A stretch of 61,740 nucleotides of DNA, counting the filler, from Sphacelaria rigidula (lineage: Eukaryota): assembly GCA_964200075.2 (NCBI GenBank). It is 4 parts of 4 records of this genome, joined end to end, with 100 filler letters (N's around TTAATTAATTAA, not from the genome) between each part and the next. Parts side by side here need not be neighbours in the genome. Positions count along the whole stretch, not along the records: positions 46,382 to 61,740 come from CAXNAA020001783.1; 3 more parts are not named here. One strand, given 5' to 3'. The translations under genes were made by a program, and so were the position numbers. How positions within the stretch are numbered: the stretch's first letter is position 1; each line of letters starts with the position of its first letter. Below, one piece after another: positions 49,608-61,740 of this stretch. The notes beneath the pieces are model-generated. The model was not told where the DNA came from. It searched no databases and worked only from the letters and a program-made list of their open reading frames with translations.

Positions 49608-52601
49608 CTACAATGCGAGTCCGTGGACAAGGCGGGTGTCATCGAGCCGCTGGTACGGCAACTCTGAAGCCCGTAGAATACGCAAGCACGGGCTACATAA
49701 CGCCACGCCACTGAGACATTTCCAATCTGCAAAACGACCACCCTTGTACGTTTCCGCGAAAGGACCTGCCGCTGCTTGCAAGGGATACACACGTTTTACG
49801 TCATCGCGTGCCACTAGCATACTACTCATCAGATGATTTCTCGCCATGTCCTGATGAGTGTGATCTTGTAAAACGCGGGCATGATGGCGCCCACCAGGAT
49901 CCGCCGAAACAAGCAAGGTCGTTTCCAGCCGCCGCAGGCTTCGACGTCCGCAGTTGCAACATAAAGGGCGGTCAAACCCAATGCCGACGGAGGGTCGTTG
50001 CCGCACATTGTTCTCCAGGTGCTTGTCGGAGAAATCCATGGTACGCACCACTCCGAGGAATACGTTATGTACGGAAACCACCCTGATATTGTCCTGGGGA
50101 GGTGCGGTCGGCAGACAAGTTGTCAGTGCCGTGGCTGTCCTGGTCGAAGCTGCCGCGGTGTGAGGTGACTCCCGCGTATTGCTGGGAAAAGGCTTCCCAC
50201 TGCTAGAGGTAGGCAGTGTCATTCGTCCGTGCTTTGGGCGTGGTTTGTGGTGGTTACCACCACCTGACACCGTGTGCCAAGTTTCTTTGGACGGTTTCGG
50301 CACACAAGTCTCACCACAACTTGTGGAGCCGTTCGTCGATGGCGTCCTAGCTGCTGTACCGTACTCGTGCCTACCTTTGCTGGAGTCATTTGTGGCGCGC
50401 AAGGACGTGGTGGTGGTGGTGGTGAGCTTGTGCCGACTACTCGCGAGAATACCGTCGGTTGGAGTGTCTGCGGACAGCATAGAACTTTCTCCAACAGTAG
50501 CGCGGCAGTTATGCTCAAGGCTTCCTTCCTCAACCTCGCTACGGCGCAGGTTTCGTGCATGTGTAGTGCTGGCTGGACAAGACATGAGGCATCGGCCTCC
50601 ACCCTCCCGGCTAACCCAGCGGAGAACGGGGCCGTGTAGAAATCTCCTCAAACCAGGAGGAAGGCCTGCCGGGGTACATGCTACCGTCTCTCCCGCCGCT
50701 GATGAAGTACCGCCAGAAGCGGTCCTGATTGACGGGGGTGCTAGTCTCAGGGAGAGGGTACGCTCACTGCCAACGACTGATTTGTGCGTAGAAACGGATA
50801 TGCGAGGAAGAACGAGAAATTCCACCACGTCGCGAAGCCCTTTGCGCTCTCTCGCGGTCATCTGAATGCCGCCGTGGGGATACCTAGACGGCCATTCCAC
50901 GTTGTCAACCCCTGTCTCACAAGAGGCGGGTTGGCCTAACGACTGGGAAACACCTGTAGCTTTCACACCTTTGGCACAGCGACTGGGATTCTTACCTCCC
51001 TGCTCGTGGCAGTCCTTTCCATTACACGCAACCGACGAGGAGCCTGCAGTTCTCCCGTTCGAGAAAAATCGCACCGAAAGTCTCCCCGCTCTAAGGACAG
51101 CTGCGCTGAGTGGTGGCACTCCGAGGAGCGCTTCAAGGGACGATGGATTCAACGTTATATATCCGCGCAGTGCAGGTCCCTCTGCTTGTTTTTCTTCACA
51201 AGTACCCCCGCCATATCTATTTGTGCCAAGTGTGGATTTATCTGCTGTTGCGCTCGTGTTTCCCATTTTCGAGTTGCTCTGGATATCAACACTGGGGTAA
51301 GAAGTAGCACGTGATGGAGGCCTGCGCGGCAGCTCCAATTCCGGCTCATTTGTTTCCCCGTTCGTTGACTCAGATTCAGGTTCAGATTCTTCGCGATGAA
51401 CAGGTAATGGTTCTGACCTTGAGCGGGGTGTGCGTTGGTGCCGAGGCAGCCGAGGCAAAAGGTCATCCACGCCTTTATTGGAGATGGTGACTTTGTTTGC
51501 ATTTGCGCGGTTTGAACCTGTTACCTCCGGAACCAAGTGATGAAATGCTGCAGGGTCAACGCATTTCGCTGGATCCGTAGCTGACTGATGCGAGGCAACG
51601 ATGTTCTCGCGTCGGATGACGCTTTCACCGCCCGAGGCGACCTTCTTAGTAGGCGGAGGAAATACGTCGACCATTGGAGGATGCTCCTCAAGACTGTCCA
51701 GACATCTGCTTTCAGGGATATTGCTGCTCTCGACCGCCCGTTCGGCGTTAGTGCCAGCTCCGCCTCCCGAACCGTTCTCTTTCGTTTCGACTTCTTCTAC
51801 CGATACCGTGAGTTCGCCCATACTCGCCGACAACTCCAGGAGATCCGGAACGTCCCCGAATGCAGCCAGCGCTGCCAGAGCTTCGCTGCCACCGCCCGCC
51901 CTTCGTTCCCCTTGCAGCCAAGCTAGACGTCGCGCCGACCGCACCACTTCATGCGCTACTTTCTGGCGGTATCTACTAGAGGTTTGCAGACACCAGATAT
52001 CTACCTCTTTACACCACTCACGGGTGAAACCTCTGAGTCTATCGGTGTTGACATGCTTCTGCGCATTCACGCGTACAATCTGCCTCGGCGGCGCTGCCTC
52101 GCGTTGATGAGCCGTCCACCGTGGTCCACCTTTCGACGTCGCGTCTTGAGGTGAAATATATCCTCCGTGAAGATATTCGCTGTTCGAAGCGCGACCTTCA
52201 TTTCCGGCCAGATTCTGTCGCCGGTCATTTGCTTTACCCTCTTGTGATCGGGCTGGCGTTATAGTCGGTTTCTTATCACCGCCCGGCCGGTGAGAACGCG
52301 CACCGTGGTGATGTGATGATCTTAGCGGCGTATGCAGCTCCTCCTTCCCCCTAATATGATGTGACTGCGCAGTTGCGGCGGAATGAGCCGCCTTCGATTT
52401 TGCCATTTCTTTGATCCCGTCCGTTCCCGGGGGCAGCGTCTTGTTACCGACAGCACATCCTCCGAGTAGAATACGGGGGATTTTGACTCCCACCGCGTTG
52501 GCCAACGCGCATGCTCTAGCTTGCGTCGCTCGATGGGCTTCATCACGGACTATCCTGACCTGGACAACGGACGCCGCGGCTGTTTTTCTGGTCTTTTCTA
52601 C
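49608..52601 (-). CDS. Terminal exon (997 aa plus stop) of the IQ/coiled-coil gene
   Basis: Open 2994-bp frame from acceptor cgtttccag|GTA to TAG; phase 0 matches upstream exon ending KAAQ|gttcgt. Confidence 0.85.
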   Translation of the reverse strand, partial: VEKTRKTAAASVVQVRIVRDEAHRATQARACALANAVGVKIPRILLGGCAVGNKTLPPGTDGIKEMAKSKAAHSAATAQSHHIRGKEELHTPLRSSHHHGARSHRPGGDKKPTITPARSQEGKANDRRQNLAGNEGRASNSEYLHGGYISPQDATSKGGPRWTAHQREAAPPRQIVRVNAQKHVNTDRLRGFTREWCKEVDIWCLQTSSRYRQKVAHEVVRSARRLAWLQGERRAGGGSEALAALAAFGDVPDLLELSASMGELTVSVEEVETKENGSGGGAGTNAERAVESSNIPESRCLDSLEEHPPMVDVFPPPTKKVASGGESVIRRENIVASHQSATDPAKCVDPAAFHHLVPEVTGSNRANANKVTISNKGVDDLLPRLPRHQRTPRSRSEPLPVHREESEPESESTNGETNEPELELPRRPPSRATSYPSVDIQSNSKMGNTSATADKSTLGTNRYGGGTCEEKQAEGPALRGYITLNPSSLEALLGVPPLSAAVLRAGRLSVRFFSNGRTAGSSSVACNGKDCHEQGGKNPSRCAKGVKATGVSQSLGQPASCETGVDNVEWPSRYPHGGIQMTARERKGLRDVVEFLVLPRISVSTHKSVVGSERTLSLRLAPPSIRTASGGTSSAAGETVACTPAGLPPGLRRFLHGPVLRWVSREGGGRCLMSCPASTTHARNLRRSEVEEGSLEHNCRATVGESSMLSADTPTDGILASSRHKLTTTTTTSLRATNDSSKGRHEYGTAARTPSTNGSTSCGETCVPKPSKETWHTVSGGGNHHKPRPKHGRMTLPTSSSGKPFPSNTRESPHTAAASTRTATALTTCLPTAPPQDNIRVVSVHNVFLGVVRTMDFSDKHLENNVRQRPSVGIGFDRPLCCNCGRRSLRRLETTLLVSADPGGRHHARVLQDHTHQDMARNHLMSSMLVARDDVKRVYPLQAAAGPFAETYKGGRFADWKCLSGVALCSPCLRILRASELPYQRLDDTRLVHGLAL

Positions 52602-55600
52602 CTGGAAACGAGAGCCAGTGGTAAAACAGCATACAAAGGTAAAGAGAGGGCGAAGGGAACCACCGACAGGATAAAACACCCTCGGCGTACCTCCTGTAGC
52701 ATAGCTTGCGACGTATATGCGCAGTGAAACAGGTTGTATGATCGGGAAAAGCTGAACCGCCATCGGAAAGCGCCAGCGGGCTCTTCCAGTAGCCAACTGC
52801 CGTAACTATCACAAGCAAAATAACTCACGAACCTGCGCAGCTTTCCGGCGGCGTTCCCACTTGGTCTTGCACCTCAAACGAAACTGCTCCTCGCGCGTCC
52901 TTGCGGCTATCTCAGCATCTAATCGGCACCTACGTGGTAACACAAGCACATTGAGGGTGTAATTTGTCCTTCTTGTTGGAACATCTGTCATCAGTTGAGT
53001 TTCCAAGTGTCAGTACCCACGTCGGAGTCCTTCATGTTTCCCCTCGCTTAGCGCATAATAGGTCTGGCAGCAGCGTTGTTCCCTCTCAGAACTGACAATT
53101 ACAAGTATCAACGGGTACTGCTGCGTCCTTGGTTGGTACATCCTGAAGGGTCAAGAATATTGGTGTTCAGTTACCGTGTGGTGATATCAAAACTGGTGGT
53201 TTGACGCTTCCGCGCATACCGATGCCTACGAATATTGGTTGTTTGACCCCTTCGATCATGCGCCAGGTTCTTCGTACCACGGTAGTACAGCGCAACACGG
53301 CGAGTAATTCCAAACACTGGAGCATACAAGCAAACAACAATTTCTTGGCGGTTGCGGATTTTGTCTTCACCTAAATGAGTTTTTTTTTTTTTTAACTTGG
53401 CTCGACCGATTTCTACGCATGCACCTGGCTTCCCAGTGAGCCACGCGGCGTCTCGCCTCATCCATCTCGCGCCGAGTATTCCTTATCGCATCCGCCTTGC
53501 GACGTGGATATATATTCGAGGGCACTTTGTAATATCGATGTTTACCGTCGCTTCAATCAATATATCATGAAATCCCGACACCACCACCCAGCAGGCTTTA
53601 CAATCTACGCAGAATAGTTTGTCGGTTTTTTCCAATAGGGAATCCTATTCAACCAAGGGGGTGACGTAGGATACGCACTTCGACGTATCCAGATAGATGC
53701 TCGTGAGACGTTGTCTTTTCACCGAGCCCCGAACGAGTGACTCGTCCACGGCGAGGGAGTGAATCGCACGTTCAGGTCAAAGATCTGAACCGGGCACATT
53801 CCCGCTTTCGGATTTACGTGTAATAAGTCGACATTGGACTCATATCATATACTACTCATACAGATACCCATGAAAGATATTCGATTTCCTAGGATTCTGG
53901 GACTAGAGCCGACTCACACTTCGGAACACTTCGAGCGACGAGGGACTCGGTCGTATCACAGCGCCCGCCAGAACATCGCGACCGTCTACCACGCACCGGA
54001 GGTTTTTCAGAATCGTGCCGGCTGGATCCGCTGTGATATACTCATGATGGCACAAGAGGGGGATATGTCATTCCCCAACTATCCTCATTCAAAGCACGGT
54101 GCATGTGCTGCCATCACCGCGTATGTTAGCACTACCAGGGTGCAGTCGCCTGGAATAAGGGCGAGCGGCCTTGCAACATGCACTCTGCCTTCTTTGCGCC
54201 GCCTGCTACAAATAGACAGGCGGAGTTCTGATGTCGAATGCGTACGTTACGCGGTATGAATCTTAGCTCGGATTTCAACCGAAATGGACGCGTTGCTGGT
54301 GCTATCCATAGGGTATACAACTGTACAAGTTTGAACCCCTTCCTGTGCCCTGTTCCACTGCTCTTTCAGAAACCGTTGACGGTATTGTGGCTCAGCTACG
54401 GGATTGATCAATCAGGGCCCATGGCTTACCCGAATCGTCACCTGCGATGGTCGAGAAGAACTCTGTCATTTTCGCTCGCGCGATGTGCAACTCGTGTTCC
54501 CGTAGCTCCCTTGCTCGGGCCTGGCGCGCGGCGTCCAATATCCAAGTATTTTTGCTCAGCAGGTCTTCTCTCCTCATGATCACGCGTTCCTGTGATTCTC
54601 TGCGCTGCCGAAGATCGGAAGATCGGAAGTGACTTACCCCAGATTTGACGTTACACATGCCAATCGCTATTTAGCTGGGCTGAAGAAGAACATAGCTAGC
54701 GGCAGCTGTTGCTTCAGAGAAGATAACGGGTGACATCAGCGAGAGGTACACATGAGTCAAGTGAATCACAACGACTATAAAACCCCATGAACTCTGCATT
54801 CGCTGTCTACATGGAGATTGCATAGTTTATGCAAGTAATTGTTTCGAGCGTACACACAAATGGCTGTGAGCAATGTCTCATTCGGGCATGTTACGATAGG
54901 GGAAGAGGGGGGGGCGTACTCATTTGTTGCTTGCCTTGGTCGTGTGACCATTGGCAATAGACCATGGGGGAGAGGGGGGGGGGGGGGGGGGGGGGGTGTT
55001 CCGGGTCATTTCTTCCGCGAATTTCCACTCGAATCGTCGTTGAAAGCAGCAACGGTTGTTCAAACGCGCTCGTTATCGATAAATAACGCGCAGTCATACT
55101 GCTTGGCACCATGTTTGCCCTGGTACAAGCGCACCGCGACTATGTTAGGTCGTCTAAAACACCAATGCGCTCTTTGTTTTAGGAATCAAACCTCCCCCTC
55201 CCCCTCCACCCCCCCACTATCGTAGCATGTCTCATTCGTAGCTTTGATTTCCCTAGTCCCACCAAAAGCGTCGTCGATCCTCAGGAATGATCAGGGCTCA
55301 ACAACAGTACGTCACCTCGTCTCCCGCGCGGTCTCCGCTTTCCCCTCTAGCGCGCGCTGGCGTGTCTCCTCCCGCCACATGAGGTACTTCTCACGCTGAG
55401 ATGAAACGATTCAGCAGGTATTAAGAGACAACAGTGCGCGTGGAGATCTCCATTGACCGAACTCCGTCGTGGCCCCTAACTTGCTCAGCAGAGCAAAGTA
55501 TGCTTACTGTTATCCCTGGAAACTGTGTGCACTGCCACGAAACCAAGTCACTGACCCAAGTTTCATCGAATTTGAGATTGGAACGGGCAAATTCCGGAAA

Positions 55601-57019
55601 CATCGGGCCTCATGTGTCGCTGGTGCAGGATTGCAGCTCCACCAACCGCCGGCCCTAACACATCGCCAAAACAATGTCCACACTATGTTTGTTGAGTAAT
55701 TACCTCGAAGTGAGCAAACGTTGACGTATGCTCGGCCGGGATGTAGCGCTGCCAAGTTCAAGAGTCGCGTTTCATGTACTCATTATTGGTTCGCATTTTA
55801 CTATGGCGGATACTCTTCGGTTTTTCTCTCACGACTGCAAGATGTATAAAACATTCCTTGTATGATGTAAATCTCGTACATCCGAACTGTAAAGAGAGTA
55901 CGAGATGTAACAAGTGTGACATTGAAGCTCGCGCGCGCGAGGAATTTCCCCGGTCGACCCTGGTGCATAGAATAAAGGTTACATTCGCCGCGCTGCTTGA
56001 TAGCTGAAGGTATCACGGGTCGGACGAATACATGGTTCGTGTCGAAATTACTTGACTTTAGTGTCAATGATTCGTATCGTACGAATCAATCCTTGGGCTT
56101 TGTTTTCAGCGGTGCAACCCAGGTACGCGCAGCCCAGGCACGCGGAATGGCGCAAACGTTGCGTGAGAACCCTTTTGACCATCGGTCGACTTTGTTTTCC
56201 CTCTTTCGAGCAATCAGGCCTGAAAACTCGTGGGTATGGTGATTCGAACCGGCGATGATGAGTCCGAACCGTGGAAAGTATCAAGCAAGCTTGACCCAGG
56301 GTATTGACCTACCACCGCAAGGGTGATACCTAGGTGTTGTTCAGGTAGAGGAAAACACATTGCACCGTCCAGCAGACGTGTGGTGGAAGGGTTTCGACTC
56401 AAACATCAACGTAAACATCGCGTCTCCCGGTTTCTTTCCAGGAAGTCCTTAGGCGCAGTCGGAGAGGGTTTACTGTCAAGCATACACGTGCTACTACGAG
56501 AAATTCTCACCCTTTGTATGCGCTCTTGCTCGATCTTATTCTCATGCTGTTGCCGTCTGTCGTGCGCCTGTCGTAGCCGACGTCGACTATCCTCCTCCCA
56601 TTTCTCCTGTTTTCGCTCTTGATGCCGTGCTTTCTCATCCTCTTCGATCGTCCTGCCGGAGACACACGTACAGGTGTGCTCTACGCTCAAGACTTGTTTT
56701 TTTTTTTCCAACTTTATCAACACCTACAAATAACCTAGATATGCTGAGTGAGCAAAACATGAATCGAAGAAGTTGAGCCGGTGCGATATCGCGTTAGCCT
56801 ACGAGGGACATGCTACGATAGGGGGAGGGCGTTTCGGTTTCACGAAAAAATGGGCTCATAGGTGCGTCAGACGACCCAACACGCTCGCGGTGCGCTTGTA
56901 TTTGGGTAGAAGCGATGTTAAACAGTATGAGTGAGCGTTATAATTCGGAAGCAAGTGCGTTCGAACTACCGTTGTTGCTATTAACGACCATTGCAAGCTC
57001 AACTTCGGGGGAAAAAAAG

Positions 57020-57051
<32 letters not shown>

Positions 57052-60000
57052 AACACACAAAAACCAGCCCCCGAGATCCGGGCGCCTGGTCGTGCGCACT
57101 GTGGGCGGGGGGNNNNNNNNNNAAGCAAGGGCGTTCGAACCACCTTTGTTTCTTAAAACACCCATTCCCACCCAAACTTGGGGAAAAAAAACCCCCCCCC
57201 CCCCCCCCCCTATCGCAGCATGAATCACCAACATGGAGAGCGACATTGGAGCAGTGCCGTTTGGAGAGTACGGCGGCTTTGGGGTACATAAAATCCGCGT
57301 GCCTCACTCCCGATCACCGTCCGCATCTGAACAGAACTTTGCTCGCGCACAGACCTCTGAGCTTGCCACTCCCGAAGTCGATCCTGCTTGTGCCGACGCT
57401 CGCGCTCCCACCGGGCAATCGCTTGAGCCGATTGTTCTTTGCGTTTGATTCCTATTCCTACACGACGCTGCCGATCTCCGTCCTCGAGCTGCCGGCATCG
57501 GGTCAGCAAAACGAATATCTGTCGTTGCAGATGAAAAGCACAACATTTGGCGATGTCGAGGAGGAGGAGGAGCAGAAGCAACGTGAAAGGGTTGGGGAGC
57601 TTCACGGGAAATACTCGTCATACACAGAGCATCCAACCTTCTGCCTGATCCTCCAGGGTGCTGATCCACTGATTCAGGCAAGAAGGTCGTTCGTCGAATC
57701 ATGATACCGATGTCACCCGGACAAGGCACACACCGAACTAAGGTAACGAAGTGAACTTTACACCCCACTCAAGTAGAGTCGGTCAAGTTTAAGTCTGACA
57801 ACACCGTACAGGGAATATGTCTATATGCATTAAATCATTCGTTTTCGCAGGATGTACGATGATTCCCTTGGCACTTTCAATTTTCGCATCATATTCTCTC
57901 CCACGGAGAATCACTCTCGCTTGCGCATTTATAGTATCCGTCGTCAAATAAATAGGTACCTTCTTCCCATGGAGTCGTGGCACGCTAGGCGTGCACGAAA
58001 AACCTCGGGTTCGAGCCGTTGATGTTATTGTTGTTGTTGTCGGCGGCGGCGGCGTCGTCGCATCAAAAGCCATTTCGATATCTGCGCAGTACTCCGTACT
58101 GGGCATCTGATGCGTACGCCTGCCGTGGTCACAGGCTAACTACCCAAAAACGTCATGGGGGGATTTATAAGAAATCAGCAGAACCTCACATAGACTCGAT
58201 GTCAAATAAAAATAGATACTGCTGGTGTCATGAATATTGGTGCCGTAGGCGACCATTCGGGCTACTGTATGCAGAGCCTCTTGTGTCACTCGACACGCGA
58301 AGCGAAACAGAAATAGAGTCAAACTCAAGAACCAAAGATCATCAATCATTGTAAAACAAATTGCACGGTTCTATCTTTGTGCTGTTAGAGGCGAATCATC
58401 TCATCCAAAACGAGGCATATGAAATATGCGGGAGCACGTCACTATCAGCATTCCAATGGGCTAGAGATATCTCGCGTGAATTATAGAACGGGAATGTCAT
58501 GATCCATGTTCTATAGCCCCTAACTTCCCTCCATGAGAAGCATCTGGGGCCCAAATGTGTAACCCTTCTGTAGCATGACTCCGTGTAGTTTACTGTCGAA
58601 GTTCCTCATGACTCTTGGGTCTTTGCCTCAACCGCGAAAGGCGCGTCTGGCAAAATTAGTCAAAGTCGAAGTGCTTCCATCGGGTAACTTGTGATTGTAT
58701 CGCAGCATTACCGAGAGACCAAAGTGGAAATTCCATGGGGGGGGGGCGAGGAATCTGGTATCGCGAGAAGCAAGCCGCATATTACCCTCATGGTTGGACA
58801 TGCTACTCGTACTACCACTCGCGCGGGTGGCACAAATACCGTCATTCGACTCATTATGAGTTGTGAGTACATAGCGTGACCCATTGATGACTGATAGCCT
58901 TCCTACCAACCCAACCCCGCCATATACCGGTAGTCGCAACCAAGAAAGAGGACTGGCCGCGAAGGCTGGTGAACAGGGGCTCAACGTTCGGGACAACCGC
59001 AGTGCGGAGGAAGCAGTTGCTGCGTCCAGCTCTTCTTCTTTTGTTCATCTACACGGCAACATGAACTAGTACTCGATTCGGGCTGCAGAACTTGTGCCGT
59101 TCGAGTGGATTGGTGATACAGCGGATCAGACCCGCCATGGGCTGTCCTTGCCGTGAATGGACGTCGTGATTATTCCACGGTATTGCCGTGAAACTGCCAC
59201 AGAATAGGTTCAGTCCGTAGAAGTGGCATGGGAACACCATGGCAATTCCACAAACTACGGCATTACTTCATGGCACAGTACTGTCAAGGTACGAATATGC
59301 CTGTGCTATGGTCCTTCATGAGGACATCATGACGGCATCACGACCTTGCCACTGATGCAGGCAACGTGAACTAGTCGGGCTACCATGGGTCCTCCGAGGT
59401 GGTACCACGCACACTACCTTAAGATAGTTTACCATGCGGCAACTAGCCACACACCTGACGGGAAGAGGTACAATGAGCGATGTCGCGAAAACGCCCGAGC
59501 TCGGCGCGTTGGAGACAACCCATGAAAACTTCGCCATGATGTATCCTGCCATGACGAAGAAGTGCCCACGGGAATTGGATATGCGTTGTGGGCAGCGGAG
59601 GTATCGTTGAGACTCCAAGCGCTTGTATTCGAGGGAGGCGTGCTGAAAGATAATGCCCTTTCACCTGATTCCGTAAGACTTGGCGTCCAATCCCTGGAGC
59701 CATTTGATCCACTTGGTGTGCGAAGAGAAAAACACGTAGCTTAGGATATTGATCTAGTTGAGTTTCAAATAAGCGAAGACGTCCATACACTAGCAATGCG
59801 TTTGCAAACGATGTAATATTCGTTCTACGGTATCCGCCCCCCCGCAGAGAAAGTTTCATGGGGATCGACGGAAAGTCTATGGCACGAGGTGCGTGCAGGT
59901 GTGGTGTTGTAGTTGATAATCTTTCATTCTTTACCATAAAATTCTAAGACCTGGTTGCTGAAACCAGCTATCCACGTTCTTCATGATAAATGCTGAGACT

Positions 60001-61080
60001 CGGTTCTTTGAACCAACCACCGCCTCGATGCGCTGTATGGCCATCTCTTCGTTTAAGAAATGCTGCCAAATCGGGGGGGCTATTGTAGAATGAGTCGTGA
60101 ATATGATAAACTTGAATACGTCACAACGGCGTCTCTAATATATCATAACGATGCTTGTAAGGTTCCGAAGCATCCTCTCCCTCAGTGCATCTCACACACC
60201 TGTCTATTCGCTCCGTCCCGCCTCCTATGTTTAGCAAAACCGCCCTGAGTCGATCCTTTCCTCTACGCACGCCCTCCTTACGGCTTATACAGCCTCTCCA
60301 GATTGACTGAATGACCGTGGACGCATCTGCCCTACACCGATTGTGCTGCATCTGGGTTCAAGACAGTACAACATTGACCTCCTTTAGCGAAAAGACCTCG
60401 AAATCAAATTATCTTACCATGCTCCCATCATTTTCACCAGTGCTGTTCGGAGCAAAAGATCATTGGTGGGTTACCCACGAATGATCGATCCTGCTCTCAA
60501 GGGTAGCATGGGATTCGTCGGACCGTGTAAACGGATAGCATCCCGGTGAGTGACCCCGTAGCCTATAAACCACATTAAGTGATTCCTTTACGTGCAAAGG
60601 ATCGCAGAACGGTCCACTGTGTGTGATGGCGTCCGAAGGAGAGTGCTCAGCGAGAGGTGTGGGCTTCTGGTTTGGAGATGGTAGTTCTTGGGGTGCGAAC
60701 AAATGCTAAGCCGCACGGATGTTCAAGGACAACGGCGATAATGCAGTCCGCAAATGATGCCTATGAAAATCAAATATGGTCATGACACGAGAAGCGTGAA
60801 AAGAAAAAAATCGACCTTTTTGTACTCGTGAGCGCAGTTGATCGCCATTTCGCGTTCGCACAGTCTCGCTCGTCTGCTTTCAAGGATTTTCCTCGCGCTG
60901 TATGCCCGAAATGCTTGCTGGATAATAGTTGAGGCTGTGATTGCGGGAGGCCCGCGGGTATCCCAGAGCTTGGCAGCCTTCCCTCGAGCAATGCGCACTC
61001 GGACGGAGCACTGGATGGTCGTCGCCGCCGTGTTCTGTTCATTGAAACGGCAACTTTCGGCCCTGGCGACCACGTGCCAC
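49608..61080 (-). CDS. 3' part of an IQ-motif / coiled-coil gene with a long disordered C-terminus; 5' end not resolved
   Basis: Exons 61080-60816 (IQ-like IQCSVRVRIARGK and IQQAFRAYSARK), 60351-60200 (IQSIWRGCISRK), 57518-57355, 56652-56511, 55395-55316, 54599-~54430, 53495-53425, 52929-52833, 52601-49608; GT-AG. Phases match except at two junctions, where further exons must be missing. Confidence 0.75.
54885..55231. mobile_element. MITE with G(G/A)CATG(C/T)TACGATAG TIRs and long G/C tracts
   Basis: TIRs at both ends; flanking duplication at least tcattcg (54878-54884, 55232-55238); reverse copy 56807-57222; fragment ~36530-36620. Confidence 0.75.
56014..56273. mobile_element. hAT-type MITE (260 bp)
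   Basis: TIRs cacgggtcggac / gtccgaaccgtg; 8-bp TSD gaaggtat / gaaagtat. Confidence 0.85.
56807..57222. mobile_element. Second copy of the G/C-tract MITE (contains a small assembly gap)
   Basis: gacatgctacgataggggg ... ccccctatcgcagcatg; interior reverse-complementary to 55010-55170. Confidence 0.7.
58020..58345 (-). mobile_element. Non-LTR retroelement 3' end, same family as 34480-34900
   Basis: (TTG)n tail on the plus strand followed by homologous blocks. Confidence 0.7.
58520..60080 (-). pseudogene. Possible decayed PIF/Harbinger-like transposase inside an intron, interrupted by a ccatg-rich repeat (~59180-59530)
   Basis: Fragments ILHRLQ..KWIKWLQGLD, RHKF..PNRVLVH and VTRWKHFDF in DDE_Tnp_4 order. 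Confidence 0.35.
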
Positions 61081-61149
61081 CTAAGATAGCGTCAGTCACA
61101 GCGAACTGCATCTGCTGTTAGTAATGTCTAGAGACGTATTTGGTAGCGA

Positions 61150-61236
61150 GCATAGCTCATACGTTGAATCAGCATCAATTCCACTTGACATATAACTGCA
61201 TGACTATTTGATCCACCCTCACGGTCAAGGGGTTAA
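61150..61236. mobile_element. Degenerate 100-bp piggyBac-type MITE
   Basis: gttgaatcagcatcaattccacttga...accctcacggtcaagggg|ttaa. Confidence 0.65.
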
Positions 61237-61740
61237 GGTATTTGCAACAGGAACACGTGCTGTTTTGTGGATTGTATATGCGTATCGAATCGAGTGTCCA
61301 TGGAAGTTTCCTGTTGAGAAATGCCACTCATTGCAGCTCTTTGGTAATTAGAGCAGATGAGCGCTGAAAGACAAGCTCGAGGTGTGGTGATTCATGCCTG
61401 ACTCTGTTCACCTTGGGCAATACAGGAGTGGCAACAGTCTGCGCCATTCTCTGCTTCGCCATTCTCTGCTTCAGTATGTGACGATTTGCAGAGTGTTATG
61501 TTGCCACTCTTCTGTGTACGCAGGAATGTCTTCCCCAAACCATATCGGGTCGTTGTGTCCCCTGACCAGTTTTTTGCACCTTTGGTGGTAATGCTCTCCT
61601 CTCCACAAGTTGTCCGACAAACGGATCACTGCCGCAGCACAACGCCACAGGATATTTCAAGCAGTGTCGCACATCGAATATCGATAATCGATATGATTTC
61701 GATAAATATCGGCGATATACCATATCGTTATCGGAGCGTA

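Noticed and set aside
50179-52674. Long plus-strand ORFs (228, 168 and 144 aa)
   Set aside because: Antisense shadows of the large minus-strand exon.
52602-52796. N-terminal 65 aa of the 1062-aa ORF in the track
   Set aside because: Lies in the predicted intron between exon 52929-52833 and the acceptor at 52602; the start codon is not an ATG.
57123-57210. Tandem duplication inside a MITE
   Set aside because: Follows a 10-N gap and repeats ~56950-57050 with errors; probably overlapping contig ends.

Overview
Eukaryotic, intron- and transposon-rich genomic DNA of about 50% GC. Short GT-AG exons, long introns, TTAGGG repeats and RTE-type LINE relics point to a brown alga (Phaeophyceae, possibly a kelp); this is an inference. 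The window is not one locus. It is four scaffolds of 15362, 15360, 15359 and 15359 bp, sorted by length and joined by artificial 100-bp spacers (N44-TTAATTAATTAA-N44). Scaffold 1 (1-15362): two minus-strand exons of a TPR/coiled-coil gene among dense nested repeats. Scaffold 2 (15463-30822): a decayed Plavaka/CMC-like transposase and a complete six-exon plus-strand gene (23778-30021, 464 aa) with five short amphipathic repeats, a capping-protein-interaction (CPI)-like motif and an acidic Trp tail, which suggests an actin regulator. Scaffold 3 (30923-46281): SINEs, MITEs, Harbinger-like and Gypsy-like relics, and candidate exons of an unidentified minus-strand gene. Scaffold 4 (46382-61740): the 3' part of a minus-strand IQ-motif/coiled-coil gene with a 3-kb last exon. 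The most notable non-coding signals are a 101-bp piggyBac-type MITE that builds mixed-orientation arrays at TTAA-like junctions, a second piggyBac-like MITE carrying TTAGGG repeats, and two tRNA-derived SINE families. No CRISPR array, rRNA or intact tRNA gene was seen. All alignments were made by eye.
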